A stretch of 62,895 nt of DNA, the filler included. It is 6 parts of 6 records of this genome, joined end to end, with 100 filler letters (N's around TTAATTAATTAA, not from the genome) between each part and the next. Parts side by side here need not be neighbours in the genome. Positions count along the whole stretch, not along the records: positions 45,747 to 57,569 come from SRR31156797_4425; positions 57,670 to 62,895 come from SRR31156797_4456; 4 more parts are not named here. One strand, 5' to 3'. The notes below the pieces were generated by a model. The model saw only the letters and a list, made by a program, of their open reading frames with translations, was not told where the DNA came from and made no database searches. Numbering within the stretch: position 1 is the stretch's first letter; each line of letters starts with the position of its first letter. The translations under genes were made by a program, and so were the position numbers. Below, piece after piece: positions 49,250 to 59,124 of this stretch.

Positions 49250-51387
49250 TGAGTGTTTCAAGAAGGGATTTTATAAAAAATACATCATTAGTTACATCTG
49301 CATTTGTTATTGGATTTTATGCTCCAATAAAAGGTAGAGCAAAGCAAGTTGAAAAAGTAAATATTTTAGAACCTAATGCCTTTATCAAAATTGATAAAGA
49401 CAATACAGTAACTTTTATACTTGGTCAAGCAGAAATGGGGCAGGGTGTTTATTCAACTATGGCAATGTGTATTGCTGATGAATTAGATGCAAAATGGGAA
49501 GATATTGTATTTGAACCAGCTCCTGTCAAACCTGTTTATAATAGACCTGGTGCAGGTATTATGATGACAGGTGGTTCTGGGTCAATTACAAATCATCAAG
49601 AGAGTATCAGAAAAGTTGGTGCAGCAGTAAACTTAATGCTAAAAAAAGCAGCAGCTAAAAAATGGCAAGTAAGAGTTTATGAAGTTACTACAAAAGACTC
49701 TTATGTAATAAATAAAAAAACAAATGAGAAGTTACCTTATGGGGATTTAGTTGATGATATTAAATCAATGAAATTACCAAAAGATGTAACTTTGAAAAAA
49801 GAGAGTGAATACAATCTTATTGGTAAACCTATGAAAAGACACCCTAAAGAGGTTGAAGAGAAGATTACAGGAAAGGCTAAATTTGGTATTGATGTAAGAT
49901 TACCAGATATGAAATATGCAGCATTAATTCATCCAGTTGTATTTGGAGCAAAAATTAAAAGCTATGATGACTCAAAAGCAAAAAATATGCCTGGAGTTCT
50001 AAAAATTAAACAACTTCCAAATGAAAAAATTGCAGTTATTGCAAAATATTGGTGGCAAGCTAAAAAAGCAGTAGAACAAATAACTGTAGAGTGGGATAAA
50101 GGTGAATTTGCAAATATAAGTACAGAAGACTTAAAAAAAGAGTATCAAGCTAGAATTGATAGAGATGATAATCCTCAAATGAGAAAAGATGGAGATATTG
50201 AAAAAGCATTTAAAGAAGCTGATAAAACAGTTGAAGCAGATTATTATTTTCCATTTTTAGCTCATGCAATGATGGAACCTTTAAATTGCACAGTTCATCA
50301 TAATAAAGACAAAGCTTACATTTCACTGGGAACACAGTTCCAAACAAATGTAAGAAATCTATGTAGTGAAATTTTAGGAGTAAATGCAGATAATGTAGAG
50401 TACTATAACAACTATTTAGGAAGTAGTTTTGGTAGAAGAGCACCAGGTAATTTTGATTATGTAAAGGATGCAATTTATGTAGCTAAAGATGAATCTTGGC
50501 CTGTTCAAACTTTATGGGCAAGAGAAGATGATATCAAAATGGGTAACTACAGACCTATGACAAAAGCAAAAGCAAAACTTTCTATTGATAAAGAAGGGAA
50601 TATAACTGGTTTTAAAGGAACTGTTGTTAACCAATCTTTGGCAAAAGGAACATTATTTGAACCTTTTATGTTTAAAAATGGTATTGATGCAACTCAAAGA
50701 GAAGGTATAGAAAATCATCCTTATAAAATACCAAATAATGATTTGCAAGCATTTTGTCCTGATTCTCCAATTCCAGTTTTATGGTTGCGTTCAGTAGGAC
50801 ATACTGTTTCTGCTCCAATAGTAGATTGTGTTATTGACCAAGCAGCAAGTGCAGCAAATATGGACCCAATTGATTTTAGAATAAAAAATCTAAAAGATGA
50901 AAGATTTGTAAACTTACTTAAAAATGTAGCAAAACAATCAGACTGGTACAATAGAGAAAAAGGTGCTGGATATGGAGTTGGTATTGCAGAATCTTTTGGA
51001 AGTATAGTTGCTTATGTTGTAAAAGTAAAAGTTGAAGATAAAGATTATAAAGTTGAAAAAGTTTGGGGAGCAGTTGATTGTGGGTATGCATTTAATCCAT
51101 TTAATGTTGAAAATCAAATCATTAGTGCAGTTAACTTTGCAATTGGTTATACCAAATACGCAGAAATCAATATTGAAAATGGAAGTACTGTTCAAAACAA
51201 TTATTATGATTACTTTGTAAATAGAATTAGTGATACACCTGATATAAAAGTTGAGATTATTAACTCAAAAGCTAAACTTGGTGGTATTGGTGAACCTGGT
51301 GTTCCTCCTGTATTCCCTGCAATTGCAAATGCTTTATTTGATGCAACTGGACAAAGATATACAAGTTATCCAATAAAATTAGGGTAA
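49249..51387 (+). CDS. Xanthine-dehydrogenase-family molybdopterin subunit (IorB-like), Tat-exported
   Basis: SRRDFIK, EMGQG, HAMMEP, SFGRR and GGIGEPGVPP. Confidence 0.92.
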   Translation: MSVSRRDFIKNTSLVTSAFVIGFYAPIKGRAKQVEKVNILEPNAFIKIDKDNTVTFILGQAEMGQGVYSTMAMCIADELDAKWEDIVFEPAPVKPVYNRPGAGIMMTGGSGSITNHQESIRKVGAAVNLMLKKAAAKKWQVRVYEVTTKDSYVINKKTNEKLPYGDLVDDIKSMKLPKDVTLKKESEYNLIGKPMKRHPKEVEEKITGKAKFGIDVRLPDMKYAALIHPVVFGAKIKSYDDSKAKNMPGVLKIKQLPNEKIAVIAKYWWQAKKAVEQITVEWDKGEFANISTEDLKKEYQARIDRDDNPQMRKDGDIEKAFKEADKTVEADYYFPFLAHAMMEPLNCTVHHNKDKAYISLGTQFQTNVRNLCSEILGVNADNVEYYNNYLGSSFGRRAPGNFDYVKDAIYVAKDESWPVQTLWAREDDIKMGNYRPMTKAKAKLSIDKEGNITGFKGTVVNQSLAKGTLFEPFMFKNGIDATQREGIENHPYKIPNNDLQAFCPDSPIPVLWLRSVGHTVSAPIVDCVIDQAASAANMDPIDFRIKNLKDERFVNLLKNVAKQSDWYNREKGAGYGVGIAESFGSIVAYVVKVKVEDKDYKVEKVWGAVDCGYAFNPFNVENQIISAVNFAIGYTKYAEINIENGSTVQNNYYDYFVNRISDTPDIKVEIINSKAKLGGIGEPGVPPVFPAIANALFDATGQRYTSYPIKLG

Positions 51388-51390
51388 AAA

Positions 51391-52182
51391 ATGTTTTTAA
51401 ATAAACACTTCATTGAGTTTTTTAAAAACTCAAAAGAGAAAAAACTTGATATCTCTCTTGTCTTAGTAGTAGAAACAAAAGGTTCTACATATGCAAAAGA
51501 GGGAAATATGATGCTTATAAACTCCAATGGGGAGTTTATAGGTGTTTTAGGAAGTAAATACTTACATGATAAAATTTTAGAGTGTTCAGTAAAAGCTTTA
51601 GAAAAAAACACAATAGAGACTTTTGAATCAATACCAAAAGATGAATCATCAGGTCATGGAACAAGTAAATATGAAGTAAAACCGTACTTTTTTAAAGACA
51701 ATTATTATGATTTGGAAAAAAGAATTATAAATGATGATTCTACTTTTTCATTATTGATTTTTGGTTCAGCATCCCATGTAACTCCTCTTGTTTCAATGGC
51801 AGATATTATGGGATGGAAAACTACAATAATAGATGTAAATATCAAAAATGAATATGTTTCAAATGCAGATGAGTTAATACAATTAGATAATTTAGAAGAT
51901 ATTTTCACAATAGATTTAAACTCATACAATGCAGCTGTTATTTTAAGTCATAGCCCAAAAACAGATGATAAATATCTAAAAGCCCTAGTGAATTCAAAAG
52001 TTGAGTATATAGGAATGATGGGAAACAAAAAGAATATGCAAAATAAAACAAAAGAGTTTAATTTAGAAGATGATGATAGATTTTTTGCGCCTGTTGGTTT
52101 GTCTATTGGTGGAAATACTGCTCAATCAATTGCTTTATCTATTTGTGCGCAAATAGAAGCAAAAAAGAATAATAAGCTTTAG
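51391..52182 (+). CDS. xdhC: XdhC/CoxI Moco-insertion accessory protein
   Basis: GSTYAKEG, YIGMMG and APVGLSIG...IALSI. Confidence 0.85.
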   Translation: MFLNKHFIEFFKNSKEKKLDISLVLVVETKGSTYAKEGNMMLINSNGEFIGVLGSKYLHDKILECSVKALEKNTIETFESIPKDESSGHGTSKYEVKPYFFKDNYYDLEKRIINDDSTFSLLIFGSASHVTPLVSMADIMGWKTTIIDVNIKNEYVSNADELIQLDNLEDIFTIDLNSYNAAVILSHSPKTDDKYLKALVNSKVEYIGMMGNKKNMQNKTKEFNLEDDDRFFAPVGLSIGGNTAQSIALSICAQIEAKKNNKL

Positions 52183-52189
52183 CAAAATT

Positions 52190-52221
52190 TATAAAAGTGG
52201 AGAAAACTCTCTACTTTTATA
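52190..52221. terminator. Bidirectional terminator between convergent operons
   Basis: TATAAAAGTGGAGA-AAAC-TCTCTACTTTTATA. Confidence 0.7.
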
Positions 52222-52224
52222 TAC

Positions 52225-53898
52225 TTAAAATACCATTCCAGCTTGGAATAGAATTCTACAGTTTCTATCTGGTTCTGAAGTTATATCTTTACTGTTTACT
52301 TTCCATGCAGCTTGAATTTGTCCAAAGAAATCATTATATGACACATAGTATCCAATCCCTAAATCTTGTAATGATTTAGCTTCATATCCAACAGTATTAT
52401 TTGCCATAAATGCTCTACCTCTATCATAAAATACACTAACTTTATGAGTATAAGCATTTATTGAAGGCAATTGATATTTAGCTTCTATATTAAACACATA
52501 ACCATTCTCAGCACTCACTTCACTATCTGGGTATAGTTTAATTCCATCAGTACCACCAGTTGAGAAATCTTCACTTCCATCAAGGTTTTTATTTCCAAGT
52601 GCATATTGCATTCTTAATGATGTTTCTAAAGTGATTTTTTGTGTTAGAGCTAAACTATTTGCTAGTTTTATATTTATTTTTGAATAGTTTCCATTTGTAT
52701 TTGCTCCTGCTTCATCACTTACTTTATCTGTATTTTCATCAAAGCTTAGGTTTCCATATTTTAATGCAATACTTGCTTTTGAAAAAGAGTTTAAACCAAA
52801 TGATAAATGAGCTTTATTATAATCTAAACCTAAAGTTATTGATTGGGTGTCTTTTTTAACAGAAGTTCCAGAAGAGTTAATCTCATCTTTTATATCTTTG
52901 TGTGCAAGTATTATTGAACCATCTAGATTTTCTAGTTTAGTTCTAATAAAAGGATAAGTTAGTTTTCCTTCAAAAGTTTTTGATATACCTATTGCGTCTA
53001 AATTATCATACTCTTCAATTAGTGAATAATTAGTTTGTGTATAAGATAATTCACCTTTTAAACCATTTGACATTAAAGGTAGGCTGTAAGAGATTTTCCC
53101 ATTTTTTAAGTTGCTTGCTTTTGATACAAGTCCAAATATAGAGATTTTGTCCCCAAGTTTGAAAGGTGAATTTATATTTGCGCCAATCATTACTCTATTT
53201 TTACCAGTATATCTGCTACCTGTATTATCTACAACTACATAGCCATCAAATCTTTTTGATGCATCGGCAATTATACTAAAGTCACTTGTACCAACTTTTT
53301 TACCAGAAAGAATATCAGCTTTTGAGATAACAGCTCCAGGTGTATCTTGTACAATTAACATTGCTCTTTCTAAACTTTTATTAGAAATAATACTAGAGTT
53401 GTTTTTTGTATTGTTAAGTATTCCTTGAATAACTGAGTTTTTGATTAATGAATTATTTGTAAGTTTAAATTCTCCATACTTTCCTTCAATAACACTAATC
53501 TCTAAAACTCCATTTTTTACATTTTGTTTTGGAATATAAGCTCTAGCTACAAAAAAACCTTTTTCTCTATAATAGTTTGTAATAGAAGTCACTACTTCTT
53601 GAAGTTGATTAAAAGTAAGTTCTTTACCTTTATAGTCAAGATAAAAATTTTCTAAACTTTTTGAATCAATACTATCATTTTTAGTGATTATAAAATCATT
53701 AACCAAAATAGTTTTGCCACTATCAATCATAGGTGCTTTATATTCATCTACTTTTATTTCTGGAATATCTGGTTGAACTCTTTTTATATTCAGTTCTTTT
53801 ATCTCTTTTTCAATACTACCAATATTTGGTGTTACACCAAGAAGTAAACTTGAAGATAAAATTGATAATGCTATAGTTTTTATTGCTAAACTCCTCAT
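52225..53898 (-). CDS. TpsB (ShlB/FhaC/HecB) outer-membrane secretion pore
   Basis: POTRA motif YYREKGFFVARAYIPKQ, DNTGSRYTG and a beta-barrel ending in Phe. Confidence 0.9.
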   Translation of the reverse strand: MRSLAIKTIALSILSSSLLLGVTPNIGSIEKEIKELNIKRVQPDIPEIKVDEYKAPMIDSGKTILVNDFIITKNDSIDSKSLENFYLDYKGKELTFNQLQEVVTSITNYYREKGFFVARAYIPKQNVKNGVLEISVIEGKYGEFKLTNNSLIKNSVIQGILNNTKNNSSIISNKSLERAMLIVQDTPGAVISKADILSGKKVGTSDFSIIADASKRFDGYVVVDNTGSRYTGKNRVMIGANINSPFKLGDKISIFGLVSKASNLKNGKISYSLPLMSNGLKGELSYTQTNYSLIEEYDNLDAIGISKTFEGKLTYPFIRTKLENLDGSIILAHKDIKDEINSSGTSVKKDTQSITLGLDYNKAHLSFGLNSFSKASIALKYGNLSFDENTDKVSDEAGANTNGNYSKINIKLANSLALTQKITLETSLRMQYALGNKNLDGSEDFSTGGTDGIKLYPDSEVSAENGYVFNIEAKYQLPSINAYTHKVSVFYDRGRAFMANNTVGYEAKSLQDLGIGYYVSYNDFFGQIQAAWKVNSKDITSEPDRNCRILFQAGMVF

Positions 53899-53924
53899 TT
53901 TTTATTTTGACTTACTTTTTTGTT

Positions 53925-55694
53925 CTATGAAATACAAACTTTATTTCTACCTGTCTCTTTTGCTTGATATAAACCTATATCTGCTTTTTTCACATAAGTA
54001 TCAATTGTTTCTGATAAATCTTCAATACTTGTCACTCCAACACTTATCGTTACATTTAGTATACCTTGAGGTGTTTCAATATCCATCTCTTGGCATACTT
54101 CTCTTAGTCTATTTAAGACAATGATTGCTTCTTCTAAAGTTGTATCTCTTAATAAAATAACAAACTCTTCTCCACCCCATCTAGCAGGTATATCAATCTG
54201 TCTTAAATGCTCTTTTAAAAGATTTGCAAACTTTTGTAAAACTAAATCTCCAATATTGTGCCCATAAGTATCATTTACACTTTTAAAACGGTCTAAATCT
54301 ATAATAGCTAGACAAGTGTTATATGAAGATTTTCTTTTGTTTAGTTGTTGATTTTTATCGTATTGTTCACTAAATCCTCTTCTATTTAATAGACTAGTTA
54401 AGGTATCACAATTTGCTTCATTGTACAGCTTCTTAGTCTCATCTATTAGTTTTTGATTATGTCTAGATAAAGATACTTGAAGTTTTATTCCTGTAATTAC
54501 TATAGAAAGGAAAATTACTATTATTGCAAAGAATAAATTGTTTTCCAAGTGAAAAAACTTTAAGGAGATAAATTCGAAAACAATAATTGATAAAATAGTT
54601 AAAAAAGATACAATAACTACATTTGTTTTATAAATTGCTTTTCTATTACTTAGGTAAAAAGAGAATATAACAGCGATTATTAACAGTATGAAGTTTATGA
54701 CTTGGTTGTCATCTTTAAGAAGTAAGTTACTTTTTAACGCTTCATGAGAAATTGCAAGCAAATAAGAACCTGACATTGCTCCTCTTGGAGTATTAATTCT
54801 ATCTGATAAAAAAGCTGAACTACCTAAAAATACAGTTTTATTTTTGAAAAAGTCATTATTAGACATATCTTTTTTGTTTAATACTACATCTGTAATTTTA
54901 TAAAAAGGTATTGACATAATCGAATTTGCATTTCTTGGATAAAATAATTTAATTCTACTTTTTTCATCAATGTGCAGTGTTTTTTTACCTACTAAAAGTT
55001 CTTCTTTTAATGAATCATATTTATATGTAGGAATATCTACATTTGGAAATTGTATTCTAAGAAGTAAAGATGGAAATAGCATATCGTCAATATCGTATAG
55101 CATAGGAATTGACCTAATCAAATCATCATTATCTTCCAAAACAGAAGTTATTCCAAGTTTGAACATTGTATCGTTATTTAAAATATTTTCATGGGGAAGA
55201 ATTAAACTTTTATATTTTAAAGATGGAATATTTGAAGTTGAACCCCATGAAATCTCTTTTAGTTTCTCTTTATCTTTTGAACTCATAGGAATTTCTTCTT
55301 TTAATGCACTTGTAACAAAAAATACATTGTTGTATTTTGCAATAGTTTTTTTGAATGCATCATCTCCTATTCTTGGGTCTGCAAAATTTATATCAAATAT
55401 GATATTTTTTACATTCATTGATTCTAAGAAATCAATAATCAAAACATATTTATCTCTACTATAGGGCCAGTGCCCAAAATCTTTTTCAAGAATTTTTAAA
55501 GAGCTGTTATTTATATCTACAACAACTGTATCTGTAAAATATTTTTCTTCAGATGCTAAATATTGTATAGTATCATTGAAATAGTGTTTTATATTAGAAT
55601 ACATCGAAGTGTATGAAAGCATATATGTAATACTTAAAGATAAAATAACTATCCAAAAATTACTTCCCCAATGTTCAGTATCTGTTCTTCTCAT
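53925..55694 (-). CDS. CHASE2-domain diguanylate cyclase
   Basis: WPYSR, FDINF, TPRG, three TM helices, DLDRFKSVND, I-site RQID and GGEEF. Confidence 0.92.
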   Translation of the reverse strand: MRRTDTEHWGSNFWIVILSLSITYMLSYTSMYSNIKHYFNDTIQYLASEEKYFTDTVVVDINNSSLKILEKDFGHWPYSRDKYVLIIDFLESMNVKNIIFDINFADPRIGDDAFKKTIAKYNNVFFVTSALKEEIPMSSKDKEKLKEISWGSTSNIPSLKYKSLILPHENILNNDTMFKLGITSVLEDNDDLIRSIPMLYDIDDMLFPSLLLRIQFPNVDIPTYKYDSLKEELLVGKKTLHIDEKSRIKLFYPRNANSIMSIPFYKITDVVLNKKDMSNNDFFKNKTVFLGSSAFLSDRINTPRGAMSGSYLLAISHEALKSNLLLKDDNQVINFILLIIAVIFSFYLSNRKAIYKTNVVIVSFLTILSIIVFEFISLKFFHLENNLFFAIIVIFLSIVITGIKLQVSLSRHNQKLIDETKKLYNEANCDTLTSLLNRRGFSEQYDKNQQLNKRKSSYNTCLAIIDLDRFKSVNDTYGHNIGDLVLQKFANLLKEHLRQIDIPARWGGEEFVILLRDTTLEEAIIVLNRLREVCQEMDIETPQGILNVTISVGVTSIEDLSETIDTYVKKADIGLYQAKETGRNKVCIS

Positions 55695-56839
55695 TTTTTA
55701 TCTACTTTAAATTCATAAACTTCACTATAAGGTCCCTTATTTTTAGAGATATCGATACTTGACATTCTCACAAAGTATTCACCTTTTTGTAATGGTAAAG
55801 CTATCTTATCTAGAGAGGAGTCTAAATTATTTACTCTAATCAACACTTTTTTAAAATCTTTTGTTTTTGAAATCTCTAAGATATATTTATTAGCTTCTGT
55901 AGAGTTTCTCCATGAAAATAAAATCTTTTTAGACTTTTTATTTTCTTGAGGTTCATTTAGAACTGGTGGTAAAGGGTTTGAATTAACTTGAAAATTCTCT
56001 TCAAGTTTAAATCCTTCTAATCCATATCTATCCACAGCAATTATGTTGATTTTATAGCTTCCATTTTTTAGATTATCTATATTTAATTCTGTATTTTCTA
56101 CATATTTATCATAAATTAAATTACCAACTTTTGAACTAGAGTAAATTTGTACATGGTATTTTACAGCATACTCAAGTGCTTTCCAAGATACATATTTTTT
56201 ATAATATTCAATATCTAATTGATTTAAATCTATAGAAGGTTTACTTAATAATGATATTGGAGAACCTAATTCATTTGATTCATCAACTACAATACCAAAC
56301 CCAGCATTTAATTTCAAAGATGATTTATCATTAGTAACTAAAATTTTTCCCTCTGTAACAAAAGCTTTAGTTTCTTTTTCTCCTACTTCAACATTAAATA
56401 CAGTTCCTCTAACTGCAAGTTGTAGTGTTGGAGTTGTTACTTTGTATTCTGAACCAAATGGATTTTGGTCAGTAACATTTGACTCGATTTTTCCTCTTAA
56501 AATCATTATGTTGGTAATAGATTGTTTAGAGTCTTTGTCATATTCTAACTGCTTCATAAGAACTAATGATTTCTCTGAAATAATTGCAATAGAATTATCA
56601 ACAAATTTTAATGTAACAGAAGAATTATCTGCTGTTTCAATAAGTTCTCCTGTTTCTATTTTGTATCCTTCATCTATTTCAGATAATACTTTTCCATTTT
56701 TATCAACTAAGTTAACGGTTCCCATTTTTGAAACAATTTGAGCAAAAATATTTTTTGAATATTCAAGTTTATAGTAAATAAATCCAATGATACAAAATAG
56801 TAAAATTCCTGATATAACTAGATACTTTTTTTTGTTCAT
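55691..56839 (-). CDS. FecR-domain protein with C-terminal Fn3-like domains
   Basis: N-terminal TM, VTTPTLQLAVRGTVF and SWRN...YILEIS...F motifs. Confidence 0.85.
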   Translation of the reverse strand: MNKKKYLVISGILLFCIIGFIYYKLEYSKNIFAQIVSKMGTVNLVDKNGKVLSEIDEGYKIETGELIETADNSSVTLKFVDNSIAIISEKSLVLMKQLEYDKDSKQSITNIMILRGKIESNVTDQNPFGSEYKVTTPTLQLAVRGTVFNVEVGEKETKAFVTEGKILVTNDKSSLKLNAGFGIVVDESNELGSPISLLSKPSIDLNQLDIEYYKKYVSWKALEYAVKYHVQIYSSSKVGNLIYDKYVENTELNIDNLKNGSYKINIIAVDRYGLEGFKLEENFQVNSNPLPPVLNEPQENKKSKKILFSWRNSTEANKYILEISKTKDFKKVLIRVNNLDSSLDKIALPLQKGEYFVRMSSIDISKNKGPYSEVYEFKVDKK

Positions 56840-56857
56840 TATTGTCCTTACTTTTGA

Positions 56858-57569
56858 TTAAGAGTTTGTGTTAGCATTTATTTGCAAATCACTTAATTTA
56901 ATTTTTAATCCTACAATTCTAACTGTATTATCATCACCTATTGCTTTAATAAAAATTTCAACTTCTTTTGTATTATTTGGTAATGTTCCTGATATTTTAC
57001 CTGTTTTTATATTTATAATTAGATTAGCTGGTAAAGAATCACCATTTGCTAGACTTGCACTATATTCAATATTGTTTTGTTTATCAATATTTTTTTTATC
57101 TATAATGTTGATTTTAATTTTATTGTTAGATACAGCAATGTCTTTTATTGCAAGACCCATAGTTTCTAGTACATCACTAGAGTTGTCACCAAATATCAAT
57201 TTACCATCATTAGTGATTTTAACCTCAATTTGAGATTTACTATGAATGATATTTCCATTTTCATCAACAGTAATTTCAATTTGTGCATCATTTAGTTGAA
57301 TATTTTCTTGAGTTGCCGCACTTTCTAGTGTATCATCATTTTCAGCTACTACTTTTTTTTCATCTTTTGCAAGAGAGTCTTCATTTGTTGTGTCGTTTGA
57401 TTCTTCAGTATCTGAATTTTGATTGTCAGAATCATTAGAGTTTGTTGTATCCGAACCTTGCTTTGAATTATCATTATTTTTATTTTTTGAGTTACCTTCT
57501 GGATTGTTTACTTTAGTCTCAGTTAGATTCTCCTTAGGTTCAGAAGTTTTTTCTGTCTTAGTTGGATTG
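56858..57569 (-). CDS. C-terminal part of a large secreted protein (probable TpsA/adhesin) with an Ig-like (He_PIG-type) end
   Basis: Frame appears open back to the contig edge; N/D/E/S-rich linker, then LANGDSLPANLIINIKTGKISGT. Confidence 0.6.
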
Positions 57570-57669
57570 NNNNNNNNNNNNNNNNNNNNNNNNNNNNNNN
57601 NNNNNNNNNNNNNTTAATTAATTAANNNNNNNNNNNNNNNNNNNNNNNNNNNNNNNNNNNNNNNNNNNN
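57570..57669. other. Artificial contig linker
   Basis: Same N/TTAATTAATTAA spacer. Confidence 0.98.
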
Positions 57670-57682
57670 CTTTTTTATTTAT

Positions 57683-58408
57683 TTAATATTCTACTAATTC
57701 TACATCTGGAGAAAGCAGATACATTACATCCTTTCTCTCTATTATTATCTTCGTTTTCTTTACTAATACAGGATCTCTTCTAATTGCAAGAACTAACTCT
57801 TTTGCTGGGTTAATCGCTATAGGATTACCTACGGATTTAAACATCGTTATATCTCCATGTGTATCCCCATATGCAAAACATTTATTTAAATCAAGATCAT
57901 ATTTTTTTACAAAATCTGCAAGGGCTTTTTTCTTATTATCTGCATCCCACATTGGACTAACTTCTCCTGTAAATTTGTTGTTTTCATCTACATGATATAA
58001 CGATCCTTTGAAATCAGTTGCTTTATATTTTCTAGCCATTTTTGAGACTAAAAAATTCGGACTTCCAGATATAAATATTACTTTATGACCCTGCTCTTTA
58101 TGCCATAAAATTCTATCCCTCGTATATCTATATACACGTTCTCCTTTTAACCTTATTACCTGATCAGATATAAAGTCAACATGTTGCTTATCAAGACCTT
58201 TTACCGAATTAATATATATCTCAGCTAGTTCAAGAAGATAATCATCGTAGTTTCCGTGTCGTTTATCCCAGTTATGAAAAGTCTTTTTTGTTTTGTTATG
58301 CCATACTGCAGGATCTACAACTTCATATCTTATTAATTTTTTAAAATGCTCAATCATAAGTGAATCTCTATAAAGAGTTCCGTCAATGTCAAAAAAGGCT
58401 GCTATCAT
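57683..58408 (-). CDS. HAD-IB family hydrolase (SerB-like)
   Basis: FFDIDGT, ISGS and YGDTHGD; ATG 58408 with upstream GGAG. Confidence 0.9.
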   Translation of the reverse strand: MIAAFFDIDGTLYRDSLMIEHFKKLIRYEVVDPAVWHNKTKKTFHNWDKRHGNYDDYLLELAEIYINSVKGLDKQHVDFISDQVIRLKGERVYRYTRDRILWHKEQGHKVIFISGSPNFLVSKMARKYKATDFKGSLYHVDENNKFTGEVSPMWDADNKKKALADFVKKYDLDLNKCFAYGDTHGDITMFKSVGNPIAINPAKELVLAIRRDPVLVKKTKIIIERKDVMYLLSPDVELVEY

Positions 58409-58641
58409 TTTACTCACTCCTCGCATAATATTTTCTAGCTCTATATTATATATTTCGAATATATTCACTAATTCCTTTAATTTTAGAAAATTCTTTTCAA
58501 AAATCATGTATCAAAAAAGAGGTTTTTTAGATAAAAAAAGTAATAGTATATATATAAGTAGATATCATGTTTTTTTAAATTAGTTTTGTCAAAATTTTTA
58601 GGGGATAATTTTGAAGTCTTTTTTACTTAAGGGGGATAATT

Positions 58642-59037
58642 ATGGAATTTGGAAAATTTTTATTAGCTGACGATGCATTTTATATAAGAAAACATCTCAA
58701 AAGCATATTAAAAACTCAAGGATATAAAAATTTTATAGAAGTTGCAGATGGTAGTGAAGCTGTTAAAAAATATAAAAGTTACAAACCGGATATAGTATTC
58801 ATGGATATAATAATGCCAGAAGAAGATGGTATAACTGCATTAAAGGAGATCATTGAGTATGATAAGAATGCTAATATTATTATCCTCACCGCTCTTTCAC
58901 AAAAAAAAGTATTACTTGAAGCTATTGAGGCAGGGGCAAATAATTATATTATAAAACCATTTACACCGGATCAGGTTATAAATGCGCTTGAAGAGATTAT
59001 CTATGCAAAGGATATAAAGAGTTTAGTCAAAACATAG
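58642..59037 (+). CDS. Stand-alone CheY-like response regulator
   Basis: ADD, FMDIIMP, T and IIKPF receiver motifs. Confidence 0.88.
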   Translation: MEFGKFLLADDAFYIRKHLKSILKTQGYKNFIEVADGSEAVKKYKSYKPDIVFMDIIMPEEDGITALKEIIEYDKNANIIILTALSQKKVLLEAIEAGANNYIIKPFTPDQVINALEEIIYAKDIKSLVKT

Positions 59038-59082
59038 ATTCAAACTGGCTTTAAGTTTTCACATAATTAATCACGTATAAAT

Positions 59083-59122
59083 AAAAGTAGAAAATTAGTT
59101 AATTATAATTTTCTACTTTTTT
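59083..59122. terminator. Bidirectional hairpin terminator
   Basis: AAAAGTAGAAAATTA ... TAATTTTCTACTTTT. Confidence 0.65.
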
Positions 59123-59124
59123 AT

